Assembly (NCBI GenBank): GCA_964106915.2
Contig: OZ066919.1
Length of the DNA stretch: 64,000 nt
Source of the DNA: Podarcis gaigeae
Taxonomy: Eukaryota
Reading direction: 5' to 3' (one strand)
This document shows positions 1 to 14,587 of the stretch, piece after piece; within the stretch, counting starts at the first letter, position 1; each line of letters starts with the position of its first letter. The notes below the pieces were generated by a model, which had not been told where the DNA came from, made no database searches, and saw nothing but the letters and a program-made list of their open reading frames with translations. A program made the position numbers and the translations under genes.

Positions 1-430
1 TATTGCTGCTGAAACAGACATAAACAGAACAAAAAAATGTTTTATTGCCGATTTAAGAGCTTGAGTCGCTGTGGAATTGTAGCGATTGAATAGTGATTTG
101 CGATTTTAGCGATTGTGCGGTAACTTTTGTGGGCTTGCAAGATCAAAGACTTAAATTGGCTTGGAGTTACAATTCTACCAACCGCAGCAATTTTCAGCCT
201 GTAACTCAATTTTAAGGGAGCGGCTTATATTTGAGTATTGTCTTTGTGAGAGATTGAATAGAAACACTAATCTAGTGTGCTGTTGAACTTTTAAGCAGAT
301 GAAGTGATAATAATATTTTGCCCTGAATAAGTCCAGTTGTGGTTGAAAGATGGCAAATAAACCATATTGGCCCGAATATAAGCCGCACCCACAGATAAGC
401 CGCACCCTTAGAATTCAAGGGGGAAAGGAC
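1..430. mobile_element. Fragments of a Tc1/mariner (Tc2-like) non-autonomous element
   Basis: CCATATTGGCCCGAATATAAGCCGCACCC at about 362; bases 1-27 are the reverse complement of internal sequence of the 8007-8250 element. Confidence 0.5.
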
Positions 431-1205
431 AACACTCTCTTTCTTAAATAGTCATTTGGGAGATGTTTTACATTTTTCTTATTCAGACCTTTGTAGATGG
501 AATTCGTTGAATTTGAAACCAGCTTAAAATTCTAGTGTTATTGTAAATCCTGAACCTGGTTGGGGGAATTCATGCTGCAGATATACATGATCCCCTGACT
601 CAATATTGATCCCTTAATTGGGACCAAGGGATCAGGAGAATACATCTCAATCAATTCTCCCTGTCTGCATCAGACCACATTATTATTTTATTCAACAGTT
701 GAACCACTTCACCACTCACTGATTTATGCATAAAATTCCAGCATTGCACCTTGAAAAGAAAACTGCATCACCATCTATTTAGGACCATCAGTTAGGATGA
801 GCAGTTTTTGCAAACAGGGTTCTCCTGTGCTCCTTACATGTTGACTTAGCTTATTTGAACATGGGCTTTCTAACAAATCTCGTTTGTGGAATGCTATCCC
901 ATACAGGGTTAGGAAAACTATCCATTCAAATATTCAGTTATATTGTACCCATGCTTACTGAGTGTATACAATCCTGGGAAGCAGAATCTTGTTCAATTCA
1001 ACCAATGTCTGAAAAGATCCAAAGAGTACACATTTTCAAAATTGTAACCTAATCTATTCAAATAGTCAGATGGCACAAAAATGAGATTGAGTTCATTATG
1101 AACATTTGTACTGCTTTGTTTAGTCTTTCCTAGAATAAACATGAACATTTTCAACTAGAATATGCTGTATAGGAAAAAGTTATCCAAAATTCACGAAGTT
1201 AATCA

Positions 1206-1415
<210 letters not shown>

Positions 1416-1550
1416 TCATTAATATAATTACGAATAACCTACCCAAGAATATAATTTGTAAATACAACCACTGCACAAGTGACTTGAGTTTATTAGGAGT
1501 CTTTAGAGAACTAATTTACAGAACCAAGGGTTGGATTCAGATTAAGTTCT

Positions 1551-2134
1551 ATTCTAGGCTGCATCAACAGAAGTATAGCATCCATATCAAGGGAAGTAAT
1601 ATCACTCTATTCTGCCTTGATCAGACCACACCTGGAATACTGTGTGCACTTCTGGGCACCATAATCTAAGAAGGGTGTTGACAAGCTAGAACATGTGCAG
1701 AGGGCAACCAAGATGATTAAGGATCTGCAAATTAAGCCTTACAAGGAGCGCTTGAAGGAACTGGATATGTTTAGCCTGGAAAAGAGGAGACTGAGAGATA
1801 TGATCGCCATCTTAAAATATCTCATGGGCTGTCACATGGAGGAGGAAGCATGCTTGTTTTCTCCTGCTCTGGAGAGTAGGACTCAAACCAATGGCTTCAA
1901 GCTGCAAGAAAGGAGATTCTGACTAATACATTTAGAAAATCTGACAGTAAAAGCTGTTCGGCAGTGGAACAGACTACCATGAAAGGTGGTGGATTCTTCT
2001 TCCTTGGAGGTTTTTAAGCAGAGATTGGATGGTCATCTGTCATAGATGCTTTAGCTGAGATGTCTGCATTGCAGGGGGTTGGACTAGATGACCGACCCAT
2101 GGGTCCCTTCCAACCCAAAAGATTCTTTAATTCT
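1551..2134 (+). mobile_element. CR1 LINE, 5'-truncated 3' fragment
   Basis: End of RT ORF (QRATKMIKDLQIKPYKERLKELDMFSLEKRRLRDMI) plus CR1 3' end GGTCCCTTCCAAC...ATTCT. Confidence 0.9.
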
Positions 2135-3356
2135 AAGTTAGCCACTACTTAACCCTATTGCTTTCAATGAAACTATGTGCAACCAACTAAAGTCTAGAAC
2201 CAAACCAATATTTGGAGCTTCTAATTTTTCAGCTAATAATGGCTGACGTTCTTCATAGAGATGCTTCCTACTGAAAGTAACATGGTCCACTCAAGCCTTT
2301 TGCAGCCTTCTCCAGGAGTCATCCCTCTCACCAGACAACCTGCCTGAAGTTGGTGATAGTTGGCTCCTTTTGTTCTCTTCTCAAGTACTTTCCTTTACTT
2401 GATCTTGTCTCTTTCCTATTGTGTATTTTGTGAGTTGGTGGGGTTTTTTTAACTGTGTTTCTTCCTCTCTGTCCCTTTTGGTGTTGCTAAGCTGAGGAGT
2501 TTTCCTGGCTTTTTCATTCCCTACCTTCATGAAAGTGCTAGAATTTCAGGCTCAAAATGTTTTTCTTTAGAGAGCTGACTCTCCCGAGGCATAAAAAGTC
2601 AGGGGAATGTTTCCAAGGAAACAGAACCTAGAGGAGCACAGTCAAATAAATGTATAAACACTAATTCCCTCAGTAACTTTTTCGTAAGGATTCAAAAGCA
2701 TGCTTTTTCTTTCACTTAGGTATTTTCCCCTAGATGCATATATGTGGAAGCATTTACAAGGGTAACTGGTCCTTTTAAACAGTTACAGTTTTGAAATGAA
2801 TGAATGAATGAATGAGTTACCTTATAAGTCCATGAGGAGTTTGATGTGTCCTTGCAGAGGGTGGATTGGAATTACACTGCTGTATGAAATTACAAGATGG
2901 GCTTGTCCTTTTTCTAATTTCATGAGGCTTCACCCATAGCTATTGAAAATGCATAGATGCCTCTCTTTTTTCACCATTTTCAATTAATTGGGTTAAAGAA
3001 CTCCAGTTTTCTGCACAATTATGTGCAACTTGGCTACAGCTTGCACATGGTACAATCTCAGATGCTCATCTGTTTTTTCTGCCATCATCTTGACAGTTCA
3101 GGGTTGTTGGGAAAATAAAATGAGGAGTGGGGAAATCGCATACACCATATTATACTCCTTGGAGGAAAGGAGGGGTATAAATGTAATAATAAATAAAACC
3201 AAATAAACACCCAACTGAATACTGAGCTCTGCAAAATAGGGTCTCTGTCAGAAATCATTTCTGTTTTCTTTCATATGATGTAGGAGTCAGGCCTTTAGAG
3301 TGACAGTGCCTACTCTTTGAAATTCTTTCCATTAAATAACAGACAGGAGCTATCGC

Positions 3357-3509
3357 CAGTGCTCCCCCCCCTCCCCCAGGGTACACAGAGTACCATCAAG
3401 GGTACACAGTACCGTCAACTCTCTTTTTGTTGTTGTTAAAAAGTGAAGCACTTACTGCAACAACTTAATGGTGAGTACCAGCACCTCTTTTTCTAGAAAA
3501 AAAGCACTG
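3357..3509. mobile_element. hAT-type MITE
   Basis: TIRs CAGTGCT/AGCACTG; 8-bp TSD GCTATCGC/GCCATCGC. Confidence 0.7.
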
Positions 3510-3890
3510 GCCATCGCTATTGTCTTTCTGGCACCTGTTGAAGACCTTTTAAGGAGGATATTTATTCCAATCTGTATTTGTATTTGCTTTGACATGGTTT
3601 TTATTGTTGATGTTTTTATTGTTAAAATCACTTCAGGAAGCAGTTCATTCATAAGAAAACAACATCTGGAACACCACAGGTTCCCCACACGTGACTTAAG
3701 CTGAAGTGACAGAGAAGTTTCCTCTTCCAAGAGGACACTGCTGAGGCAAGCAGATTTTTTGAGTGAAGTTCTAAAAGCAGGAGCCTGCTGTAGATCTAGG
3801 AATAGGGATGTCCTGTAATACTACAAAGCTAAGACAAAAGACTAACCATGCATTGAGCAATTTTGGTAGAGTTATCTACAAAACCACTTA

Positions 3891-4010
<120 letters not shown>

Positions 4011-5299
4011 TTATTAAAAGTTGGTATTTTAACTGAACCATTTTCAAATACAAGATTGAGATTCATTTGCCTCAATAAGCAAGCAGAACTGTTGGTACCT
4101 ATTCTATTGTGAATTCCCATGACAGAGTATCACTTGTGTATAGGAAATTATGTACCCCAACATATAAATCAACATATATGATGAGTGCACATTAGTATCA
4201 GTAGAACCACGATGTTCAGGAACAATATGCTTTTGACTACCAGTTGCTGAGATCAGAGAAAATGGAGGGTTAAGATCCACTTGTGAGCTTCTGAGAAGCA
4301 TCAGACTAAGCATCTGGAAAAAGAGTTATATGCATATTACAGGTACCTCACAACTTAACGTGTAACTTAACTTGCACAACTGCAACTTTGTGCAGGGGGG
4401 GCGGGGGGATAAATAAATGGAGAAGACCATTCACCATTTATTTATGCTCCCTCAAGGTGCACAAAGCTACTACTGTGGGCTTACTTGGCTTTGGGAAGGT
4501 AGTATGAGGGCTCTGGCCCAGAGCCCTCACACTGCCTTCCGAAAGCCTCACCGTAAGGCAGTACTTTCCAAACTGTGTCGCCACACGTTTCCAGGGGCTG
4601 GAAAGGGGTTACTTTAACCTCTGGTTTGTTAGTAAAACTTAATTACTGGATTGCAAAATGATGCATGTCTAAAAAGTGTGTCACCAATATGAAAAGTTTG
4701 GAAAGCTCTGCTGTAAGGGCTCATAAGATGCAAGTTACCTGTACTGAATGGAAGCAGTGTAGGGTATGGGTGAATGTAAAAAAAGTTCAGCCTACTTTTT
4801 AGCTGCTGTTTTATTAACATTGCTTTATAGATTACAATAAATTATTATATATTGCATTATTTGGTAGCAGACCCATTCAGGGGCGGGCAGCAGATACACT
4901 TGCCCCAGGCCTCAGAGGGTTAAGCCAGGGTTAAGTCAGGGACCAGCTGCTTTTTCTTTTTCTTTTTTGAGTTTATAACTTTATTCTAACAAGACTCTGG
5001 TCCAGGCCTCAGACAAGCTCTGCATGGGCCTGCTTGGTAGGGTAAGCTTTAATAGCTCAGGCACTGAAATGGTTGTGTTTGTGTTGTAACTGGGATGTTC
5101 TACTGTTATGTTCATTGCTGTTTGCAAGCTGCTCTGGGATTCACTTGAATACAAATACAGTGCAATTAAAAAAAAAACAAAAAACCTACCTACATTGCCT
5201 AACATTCAACTGTCAGCTTTAATCAAGAGGAAAATCTTTAAGGGAATCTACAAATTCCCTTCAAAAATGTCGTATAAACAAAGGTTTAGTAATCACCTA

Positions 5300-5476
<177 letters not shown>

Positions 5477-6017
5477 CTATTTCAAAACATCAGATTAAAC
5501 CAGATTGTATTCACCACTGTGTAACTTTCTATTAGTTTCTCTCAAACACTGGGGCAGGACCCACCAATGGGCCCTAGGTCAGCTTTAGATAGGCCTCAGC
5601 CACAATATGAAAATACTGTACCTGCTTTCTGATTCAAACTAACTCACTAAGTCTGAATTGGGAACTCTGCTTACTTTAAACCAGCGGTAGTTGATGCTGT
5701 GGGCCACAAGTCCCATTACCTCCAGCCAGCATGGCCAATGGCCAAGGATAATAAGAGTTCTAGTCCACAACATCTGTTGGGCATCATGTTGGATTCCTCT
5801 TGTTTAAACTATGGTTTGTTAGAAGAAGCCAGTATCAGAAATCTTGGGCCACATTCACATGCAACTCTCAACCATGGTTTAAAACAATGTGGACACACCT
5901 GCACTCCACTCTTCACATCCTGTGTGCCTAGGAGGATAATTTTGCCAAAGTGTACAGTAGTTTACTTTTACAGAACCATGGCTTAGTTTTTATATATACA
6001 GTACAGTATATACATAG

Positions 6018-6019
<2 letters not shown>

Positions 6020-6051
<32 letters not shown>

Positions 6052-6068
6052 CTAGCTAGCTAGCTAGC
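6020..6068. repeat. (CA)n followed by (TAGC)n microsatellite
   Basis: Directly visible. Confidence 0.9.
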
Positions 6069-6117
6069 TGGGTTGTTATAAAACTTAACAGAGTTTGTTT
6101 TAAATCAGACCCCTAGG

Positions 6118-6289
6118 CACTGGCGGAGGAAGAGGAATGTGGGGGTTGCGCCCCGCCCCCCAGAAGTGCGATCCCAGTGGGGTGCCATCATGGCTGCCCT
6201 CCCTGTGCTGGGCGCCCTGCCCCCAGGATGCGCATCACACTCCGCCTGCTCTCCGCCCCCTGATGCCAGAGCCTGAAGCTCCGCCACTG
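6118..6289. mobile_element. GC-rich hAT-type MITE
   Basis: TIRs CACTGGCGGAG/CTCCGCCACTG; 8-bp TSD CCCCTAGG/CCCCTACG. Confidence 0.75.
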
Positions 6290-6529
6290 CCCCTACGTTC
6301 ATATGTAGAGTTAAGCTGGGATTCTTTAAAAGTAAAAGTAAACTCTGCTGTAACTCTTCGCCCTTCTCATAACACTCAACTATGGTTTAGTGTTGTGTAC
6401 AAATCAGGTCACTTGTCTGTATATCTATTGTGGTGATTTCCTAAATTCTGCTGTAGGCCAAACCTTGGTTTATTTTCTTTTAAGTTAACACCACTCTGCC
6501 CTTCTCCACCCCAATGAAAGGTCTTACAA

Positions 6530-6870
6530 TTATTATTATGGATTACTTAACTTTATATCCTGCGCTTCATCTGAAGATCACAGGGTGGTCATAAAAACAA
6601 ATACATATCATAATAAGAACAAAAAACTTACCCCAATAACCCCCTCATAAATACATTTAAAAGACCATAGATTGCTTAATCAGTGAAAGGCCTCATTATA
6701 GAGGAATTTTTTTGCCTGGTGCCTAAAGATATGTCGTGAAGGTGTCAGGCCAGCCTCCCTGAGGAGAACATTCCACAAACAGGGAGCCATTGCAAAAAAG
6801 GCCCATTCTCATGTTTCCAACCTCTAGACATCTTGAGGAGGGGGCACAAGAAGGGCCTCAGGTGATGCTT
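6530..6870 (-). mobile_element. LINE 3' fragment (L2-like)
   Basis: (TTA)n tail on the left, then sequence resembling squamate L2 3' ends (GGAGAACATTCCACAAACAGGGAGCC). Confidence 0.55.
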
Positions 6871-6973
6871 GCAGTACAACAACCCCACTACCAAAAAGTA
6901 CAGTCGTGTATGTGATTTCACTCCAGTCCCCCCGCCCAAATACACTCTCAAAACGGACTTCAGCCCAGGTTTA

Positions 6974-7120
<147 letters not shown>

Positions 7121-8006
7121 TTATTTTAAAAGTCATATTATTTAATAGAAGGATAACAACATTATCAATTGGCCAGAACTCCAATAGGAAAGGCACTGTA
7201 CATTTCAGAGTCGTGTTGCAAAATGAATTATATTGTACTCAAATATCAAAATAAAACATGGTTAGGAAGCCAGATCCCAGTAACCTAAGGAGACAGCATT
7301 TTAAAAAAGGAAAGATGCATTAGTGTTTTTATAATCTTTGCAACACCAGATAAAAAGCCTCAACAATACTAATCCAAAGACACTTTTAGAATGAAATCCT
7401 GTGTATAGGTAGTACTGTCTGGTTTGTTACTGATCTTATGTAAGCCATTCTGAGAGCCTTTTAAACTTAATAGTGCAGTACCTGATTGGGGATGTTTGGG
7501 TGCATCTGTGAAGCCAATCTCTTCTCCACCTAGATACCCCTGGAAAGTACTGCTGCTGCTGCTGGGAAGCTAGCACTGTGGCTCCACCCCACTAAGTGAG
7601 CCACTTCTGAATTATTTAACAAAATTTATATACAGCCTGCTTGTAAGGAAACGTCTAAGCAGTTTACAAGAATATAAAATATAAAATAAAAAGTTTCAAT
7701 AAAGAAGTTAAAAAAGGTGTTTTTTGTGGAACTTTCTTTCACTCATCATTAAAACTGCACCAGTGCCATTTGCTCTATCAAGGATGCATCACATGGTATC
7801 CAACAAAGTAGTTCTGTAAGCACAAGGACTTCTGTCTGCACAATGTAAGTTCCCCTCCCTCTCCCCAGGCACCCTCTAAATCTGTTCTGGAGGTTCCCCA
7901 AAACCCTTTGGAGCAGGGCACAGAGGGGGAGAGAGGGAAGTTCCATTGTGTAAATGAAAACAGAACAACTTTGTTGGATTCTGCCCATTATATTTGTTTT
8001 TATTTA

Positions 8007-8250
8007 CTGTATTGGTTCGAATATAAGCCGGACATTTAACATTCATGGAGGGGGGGGAGACAATACCCGAATATAAGCTGCTCCCTTAAAATTCCACAGG
8101 CACTCACACCTGTTCCATTTTACCATATGTCTGTTTCAGCAGTGATATTGTAAAAGCCAATTTTTGTAAGGTTGTGAATTTAAGCTGCACTTTAACTTTT
8201 CATGATCGGAATTTGGGGGAAAAGTGAGGCTTATATTCAGGCCAATACGG
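8007..8250. mobile_element. Tc1/mariner (Tc2-like) MITE
   Basis: TIRs CTGTATTGGTTCGAATATAAGC / GCTTATATTCAGGCCAATACGG; TA on both sides. Confidence 0.8.
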
Positions 8251-8287
8251 TATATGTCTAGAGCTGAGAAGCTTAAAATTCTCTTAC

Positions 8288-8399
8288 CTATAGTCCAATG
8301 TTTTTAATGCAGTTATAGCATGCAGATTAATTTTTGACTGACTTGGCAGAGTCATTGCTGTCACAGGAAATTCTCCATTTGGACCAATTATGTCATCAT
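8288..8399 (-). CDS. LRRC40: LRRC40 coding exon 10 (112 nt)
   Basis: DDIIGPNGEFPVTAMTLPSQSKINLHAITALKTLDY; TAG / GTAAGA; phase 1 to 2. Confidence 0.92.
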
Positions 8400-9331
8400 C
8401 TAAAGAAAGCAAAAGTATATATGTTTAATATTTTACAAACATCAGAATCTGCAAAAATCTGAAGATTTTAAAAAATGTAGCCAAGTAGTTAGGATGATTT
8501 TTCATTTCCATTTTACCCACTTTGGAGTCTGAACATCATCAAAGTATGAGTTTTCACAGCAGATGAAGTTTGCTTCATTCAGACACAAGGATAATTAATG
8601 AAGACTTTGTTCAGAATATTTCATACAACAGATCTAGAAGACTCTCAGGCTTGTTCTTTGGAAAGTCTGCAAAGGCTGGGAATATCAATATTTCTTCCAA
8701 GTGTAAGAAGGTATTTTGGACTGCAGTTTTATCCAGTTCTCTATCAAGACCAATGGAGCAAGTGGCTTTAAGTGAACCATTTTTGGATTGCATTTGTAAG
8801 TATCTTGTGTCAATCTGTTCAAGCGTTGCCAAATGTCAAAGAATTGTACAGGGTGTTACAGGAAAATAACTTTGATTGTATAGCCTAAAAACTTGGCTGC
8901 AATACATTTTTAATTTATTTAAGAGGAAGCTATACAAATGACGCAGAGAAAATGCTCTGATCACATGTGGCTGATACAGTTCCCGATCAATTCTGGAACA
9001 CGTCTTAAAAAACCTGACTATGAAACATCTTGGCAGTTAAGGCTGTATAGTAACCCAGGTTCATTAGTTCTACCATCTAACTTTTACAGTATACATACAA
9101 AATATAGCTAAGGAATTATTTTCAAATTATATAAGAGACAGACCTTTCAAGTGCCATCACGAGCTAGTTATTAGGCACTAGTCTCGAAATCCTCTGGCAC
9201 AAACAGTTAAGATTCATTCTCTCTTTCTCAATGTATTTATGTTTAAATACATAAATTTAAATACAGCACCAAGGGAGAAAACTGACGAGAACCTGCTTGC
9301 CATCAGTAAGAATCAGTCTCACACAGAGATG

Positions 9332-9579
9332 GGTTGAAGAATTCTGGCTGCTTTAGAGCTGCTGCAGCACAGCCTTTATTGTGTAAAGTCCGAAAGATAC
9401 AAAATACAAGGAATGCAACTTGTTCTCAGCCAGCAGATAAGGACAGTGCCATGCCATCACATCAGGCCACGTAGCCGATCAGGCTATGCTTACGTGGGCC
9501 AATCATTAGGACAGCATGAGCTGTCCACGCGTTGATCATGCTCCAAGCGGGCCTCCTGCTATGAAATCACCTTGCAACA
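9332..9579 (-). mobile_element. Possible solo LTR
   Basis: Minus strand starts TGTTG, has AATAAA about 45 nt before a ...TCAAC end, locally CpG-richer; no clear TSD. Confidence 0.35.
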
Positions 9580-10197
9580 ATAAGAACTTTGCTCATGCTC
9601 TTATGTACAAGCAACCATTTTCCCACAGAAAACAGCCTTAGTGATCAGACATGAACACATTTACTTGTAAGTATGTCCCTCATCTGAAATCAATAAAGCA
9701 TTTTCAAATGCTTTTAAGCATGCTTGTAGGCATATGTACAAAATTAAGTATGTGGCTATTTCCTTATTAAGTAAAGGAACACAAGGAAGTTAATCAGCTT
9801 CAGTCAGAAATGTCATTTTTAATTCCAAGTTATCCAGTCATCTAAGTATACTTATTGGGGCTTAATATCATTTGGATTATAAATCTTATTAATACAAAAA
9901 ATATTGGTGAATGTATTTTGGGAGGGTACAATTTATAACTTCCCAGTGTTCTTCAATACTGAAGTCATGTGTGACAATCCAGAGAGTGACCTTAAGCATA
10001 TCCACAACTTTTTGCCTTTTTTTCTTGGAAAAGCAAACTATTGTATCACAAACTGCTGCAGAAATTTCCTCTAGATTCTAGGGCAGTTTGCTATGTAGTG
10101 CAGGGAACTGTCATGCTCAACATTCAGAGCTAGCTGTAGGAAATGTAGCAATTGCTATCTTTGCATCTTCCACCTCCGTGTCCATTTTAAAGAAATA

Positions 10198-10445
10198 CAG
10201 TGGTACCTTGGCTTACAAATTTAATCCGTTCCGGAAGCCCATTCTTAAACCAAAGCGTTCTTAAACCAAGGCATGCTTTCCCATAGCAGTGAGGGACTCA
10301 ATTTACAAGTGGAACAAACTCAACAGGAAGCAAAACATGTTCTTCTTCCAAGGCAAAGTTCACAAACCAAAACACCTACTTCCGGGTTTGCAGCTTAATC
10401 CAAGTTGTTCATAAACTAAGCAATTCTTAAATCAAGGTACCACTG
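10198..10445. mobile_element. Tc1/mariner (pogo/Tigger-like) MITE
   Basis: TIRs CAGTGGTACCTTG/CAAGGTACCACTG; TA TSD. Confidence 0.85.
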
Positions 10446-10764
10446 TAGTAAAATATTAAGCTGGTACCTAGTCAACATGTGATTCCTCTGGACATTGTTT
10501 CCCACTGTTCTATTAACACTGAGCAAGAGTTTTCAATTTATTTATATAAGAATTTATTTCTATAAAAATTTATATAACAAGGGATGTACTTCATTCTGAT
10601 ACATACTAGAAACCATCTCTTATGTGGGACTTGGAAAAGAGAAAAGATACGCAACCAGGTGTGAACAAATAGATTTCTTGACATAACAAGATCGTGAAGA
10701 GTTAATCTAGCTAGTCCAAGAGTTGATTTAACTGTAACCTTATCCTCTCAAAGAAAACTTTTAC

Positions 10765-10810
10765 CTTGTATTTTACTTCTAAGGTACTTCAGAATTTCTT
10801 GCGTCCCTTT
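10765..10810 (-). CDS. LRRC40: LRRC40 coding exon 9 (46 nt)
   Basis: KGTQEILKYLRSKIQ; CAG / GTAAAA. Confidence 0.93.
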
Positions 10811-10905
10811 CTGAAATGGAAGAATAAAAGCACAAAAAGCTTGTCAACCACTTGCATCTTTTGAATCTTAAGGGGTAGAAACAACTCAAGACAGTATGTA
10901 AATTA

Positions 10906-11064
<159 letters not shown>

Positions 11065-11097
11065 TCAGTTCAGTTATTCAGGCTTGGATCCAAACTA

Positions 11098-11548
11098 CCA
11101 TATTTTTAACTCCATAAGACGCACCTGACAATAAGGCACACCTAGTTTTTAGAGGGGGAATGCAAGGAAAAAAATATTATTTAAAGGGAGCGCTGAGCAG
11201 AGCCTGTATGCATCCCAGGCTCTGTTTAGCGCTCCCTTTCACGAGCCGCGTGGAGCGTGTGTGTAGCGCTTGCAGGCTTTTCCCTGAGGAGGGAGAAGGG
11301 CAACCCACCACTCAGAGAAAAGCCCCTCTTTAAAGGGAGCTCCCTGGCTCCCTGGATGAAGGCACCCCGCTGCCCTGCAGAGGCTTTGCACAGCTAAGCC
11401 AGAATCCAGAAAAGTGAGAGGGATCGCTGCGCAGCTGTTCTGTCTTCTGGCTTAGCCGCGCAGCCTGCATTCGCTCCATAAGACGCACACACATTTTCCC
11501 TTACTTTTTAGGAGGGAAAAAGTGTGTCTTATAGAGCGAAAAATACGG
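11098..11548. mobile_element. Tc1/mariner (Tc2-like) MITE
   Basis: TIRs CCATATTTTT..CTCCATAAGAC / GTCTTATAGAGCGAAAAATACGG; TA TSD; internal copy of CTCCATAAGACGCAC. Confidence 0.85.
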
Positions 11549-12050
11549 TAAGTGCAAACAATCACAAGCTCCTTCTATTCACTGATAAGGAAATATCCAG
11601 TTGAGAATCCCCCTGGCAGAAGGGATGGGAAAGGCAATTTTCACAGGTACCTCCATGCCACTTTTCCTGCTGGTCTGAATGATTTCCCCAATCAACCAGA
11701 GCAAAATTTCATGTGGACACTGCTCTTGTGGGTATGCGGAAATCAGTGAAAGATGCCTCCCCCCACTTTTGCTGACGGGAGCACTCTATTAGCGGAACTT
11801 TCACCACTGGTTAAGATCCAAGTCCCTGCATTCTGAACCCCGTTAATTAGAGCATTATTCATGGTTCAATATTACTTTACCAATTAATAAGAATGTATTT
11901 CAAGAAACAGTATGGTCTGAGCATTTGCTTTTAAATTCAGTAACAGTGTAAACTTGCTCCAAACCAAGGAAGACAACTAATTATTATTATTTCTACCTCG
12001 CACATTTGGCTGGGTTTCCCCAGTCACTCTAAATAATGCCCATAGTCTTA

Positions 12051-12224
<174 letters not shown>

Positions 12225-13151
12225 CTAGAAGAATTTTAAAAATGAATAAATCACATAATCTATCAATTCTGTATCAAGGTTAATCTATTACATAGGAGGC
12301 AAGAGTCGTATTTTTACATATTTATTGAATTTAGAGATTTTTAAGCAGATAGTCCACAGCACACACGTCCAACTCCCTAGAGACTGTGATCTACTCCCAG
12401 TATAAAACAACTGACAGTGATCTACCCATTGTCACTGGGGGGAGGGACCAAATTTGTTGAGCTTTTTTTAGGCGAGACTACAGTTGCTCCGCTAATTAAC
12501 AAGCAGGAGAAGCAATACTTTCCGACAACAGAAGGCAGAGCCAGGGATCATAAGGGAGCCCACGGTCGACCACAATCAACAGCGATCATTCAGGTATCAA
12601 TCTGTCGATCACGATCAACCTGTTGGACATATAGCTGGTCTATAGTTACCTTGTAGAAACTTAAGTCATTGGAGTTGCTATATTATTCACGCACGGAACT
12701 CAGCCAGAGTGACTTCTGCATTGGATTGGCCCTCACCAGCCTTATTAAAATCTGGATAGAATTAGTTTTCATTTGAATAATGTTCCATCTACACTTGAAC
12801 AAAAGCTTTATGTGCATGTGTCACTGGGATGCCCCTCTCTTTGAAGAAAATGCTGCCTGAAAGCACCATGTTAATTGTTAAATGCAATGTAACCCTAGCA
12901 TCACGAGACAAAATAAAGCTTAGAATCCAATTTCAGAAGCTAGCTGCATTAACTTGACCACTTTTATTTCAGTTTCACCAACATAAAGATTAACTTATCC
13001 TTAATTGCAACAGGCTTCAGAAAAGAAAAGATTTAATACCACAATCTATATACACACAGGCATCAAACGTACTGAGAATAAATCTGTTTTAAAATATGTC
13101 TTCATTGGAGTTTACATATTTTAGGTAATATGTACTGAGAATAAACCTTAC

Positions 13152-13294
13152 CTTTAAAAATTTACATGAAGGAAGGTCTGGCAGGTAACACAATTTATTT
13201 CTCCTTAGATAAAGCTGCTCTAATGATACCATATTGGCCACTTCAGGAGGTATTGTTTCCAGATAGTTTTTTGAACAATCAAGCTGTCTCAGAC
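13152..13294 (-). CDS. LRRC40: LRRC40 coding exon 6 (143 nt)
   Basis: LRQLDCSKNYLETIPPEVANMVSLEQLYLRRNKLCYLPDLPSCKFLK; TAG / GTAAGG. Confidence 0.95.
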
Positions 13295-14097
13295 CTATAG
13301 AAAGGAACATAAGAATAGCTCTGCTTAGGCCCATTTTATCTAACATCTTGTCCTCACAACAGCCTAACAAAATGCCAAATGGAGAAACAAGTCGAAACAT
13401 TAGAATTAAAAAAATAGGGTGGCTTTACTAAATACAAGCACCACACAAGATTATTTTTTTATTATACTTCTGAAAGAGGCTTCAAATATTTGCCAGCCAA
13501 GCCAAATATTAATTAATGCAAAGGCTGTAGAATATATTGCTGGATTTTTAAGTTATACCTACATTAGAATCTTCAGAATTCTTAGTTAAGAGCCATGACA
13601 CTTGGGAATAAAAGACAATGACTCACAGCTGAGGAAAACCCTCTTGTGTAGGCAAGAAGGCACTTCCGCTTACAAGGCAGAGTTGCCCCTTTTCCCTCTG
13701 CGAGGTTTCACACACTGTCTCAGAGGGTCCCAACAATAAGGAATGACTTTTCAGAGGGCTTGGTAGTCTGCAGTGTGAATGGTGAGTGGGAAAGCCCTGT
13801 TACATGAGCAGAACTCTGCTCATGTTTCTTTCAGTCCAGACCATTATTTCTAGCTGTACAAAGACACATAGTTGTTAACACATTTCTGAATACATGCTGC
13901 CCCACATTTGCCAAGGAAAACTATTGCTTTCTGCTGTGAATAGCTTAAATTGCATGCAGATTACAATGCAGAGGCACTTTACATATAAGCGTCTTCTCAT
14001 AACTTGTCACAGGAAAGTCTTACTGCACTGTGAAGACCAGTTCTGCTTGACTACCAAGTGCTGGTTAAAATTGAGTGCCACACTTTCTCAACTTCAT

Positions 14098-14326
14098 CAG
14101 TGGTTCTCAATCTCTTTCCCCCATGGACCACTTGAAAACTGCTGAGGATCTTTGCCGACCACTTAATGATTTATCTGCCTATTGTAGCAATGGTATGCAC
14201 AGTGCTAGATGTTGTGTGGTTGTTGTTGTTTTGATGTTTTATATATATATTTACTCTATTTTTATAGGCACACTATGGGCCACCTGAATGAAACTAGTGA
14301 TCCACAGACCAGTTTGGGAACCACTG
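14098..14326. mobile_element. hAT (Charlie-like) MITE, old
   Basis: TIRs CAGTGGTTCTCAA/TTGGGAACCACTG; degenerate 8-bp TSD. Confidence 0.65.
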
Positions 14327-14463
14327 ATGTACATGAACATAAAATTCCTTAGAGAAGAGTGATAGCAATGTACTTTTAAAATGATGTTTCATTAAACCCC
14401 TACTACCAGGAAAATAAGATAACAAAAAGATTCCAGTCAAGTCATAATTCAAGGCTTCCTTAC

Positions 14464-14587
14464 TTTTCATTGCACTGATTTCTGCTGGCAGGCTCTTCAA
14501 ATGATTACAAGTCAAATTGAGCCGCACCAAATTTGTTAGAAAACGAAAACTTGCTGGGATACTAGAAATACGGTTGTTGGAAATATC
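14464..14587 (-). CDS. LRRC40: LRRC40 coding exon 5 (124 nt)
   Basis: DISNNRISSIPASFRFLTNLVRLNLTCNHLKSLPAEISAMK; TAG / GTAAGG. Confidence 0.95.

Noticed and set aside
8570-8869. Overlapping 99 aa and 73 aa ORFs in LRRC40 intron 9
   Set aside because: No recognisable motif in the frames I translated, and LRRC40 exon phases already close without them.
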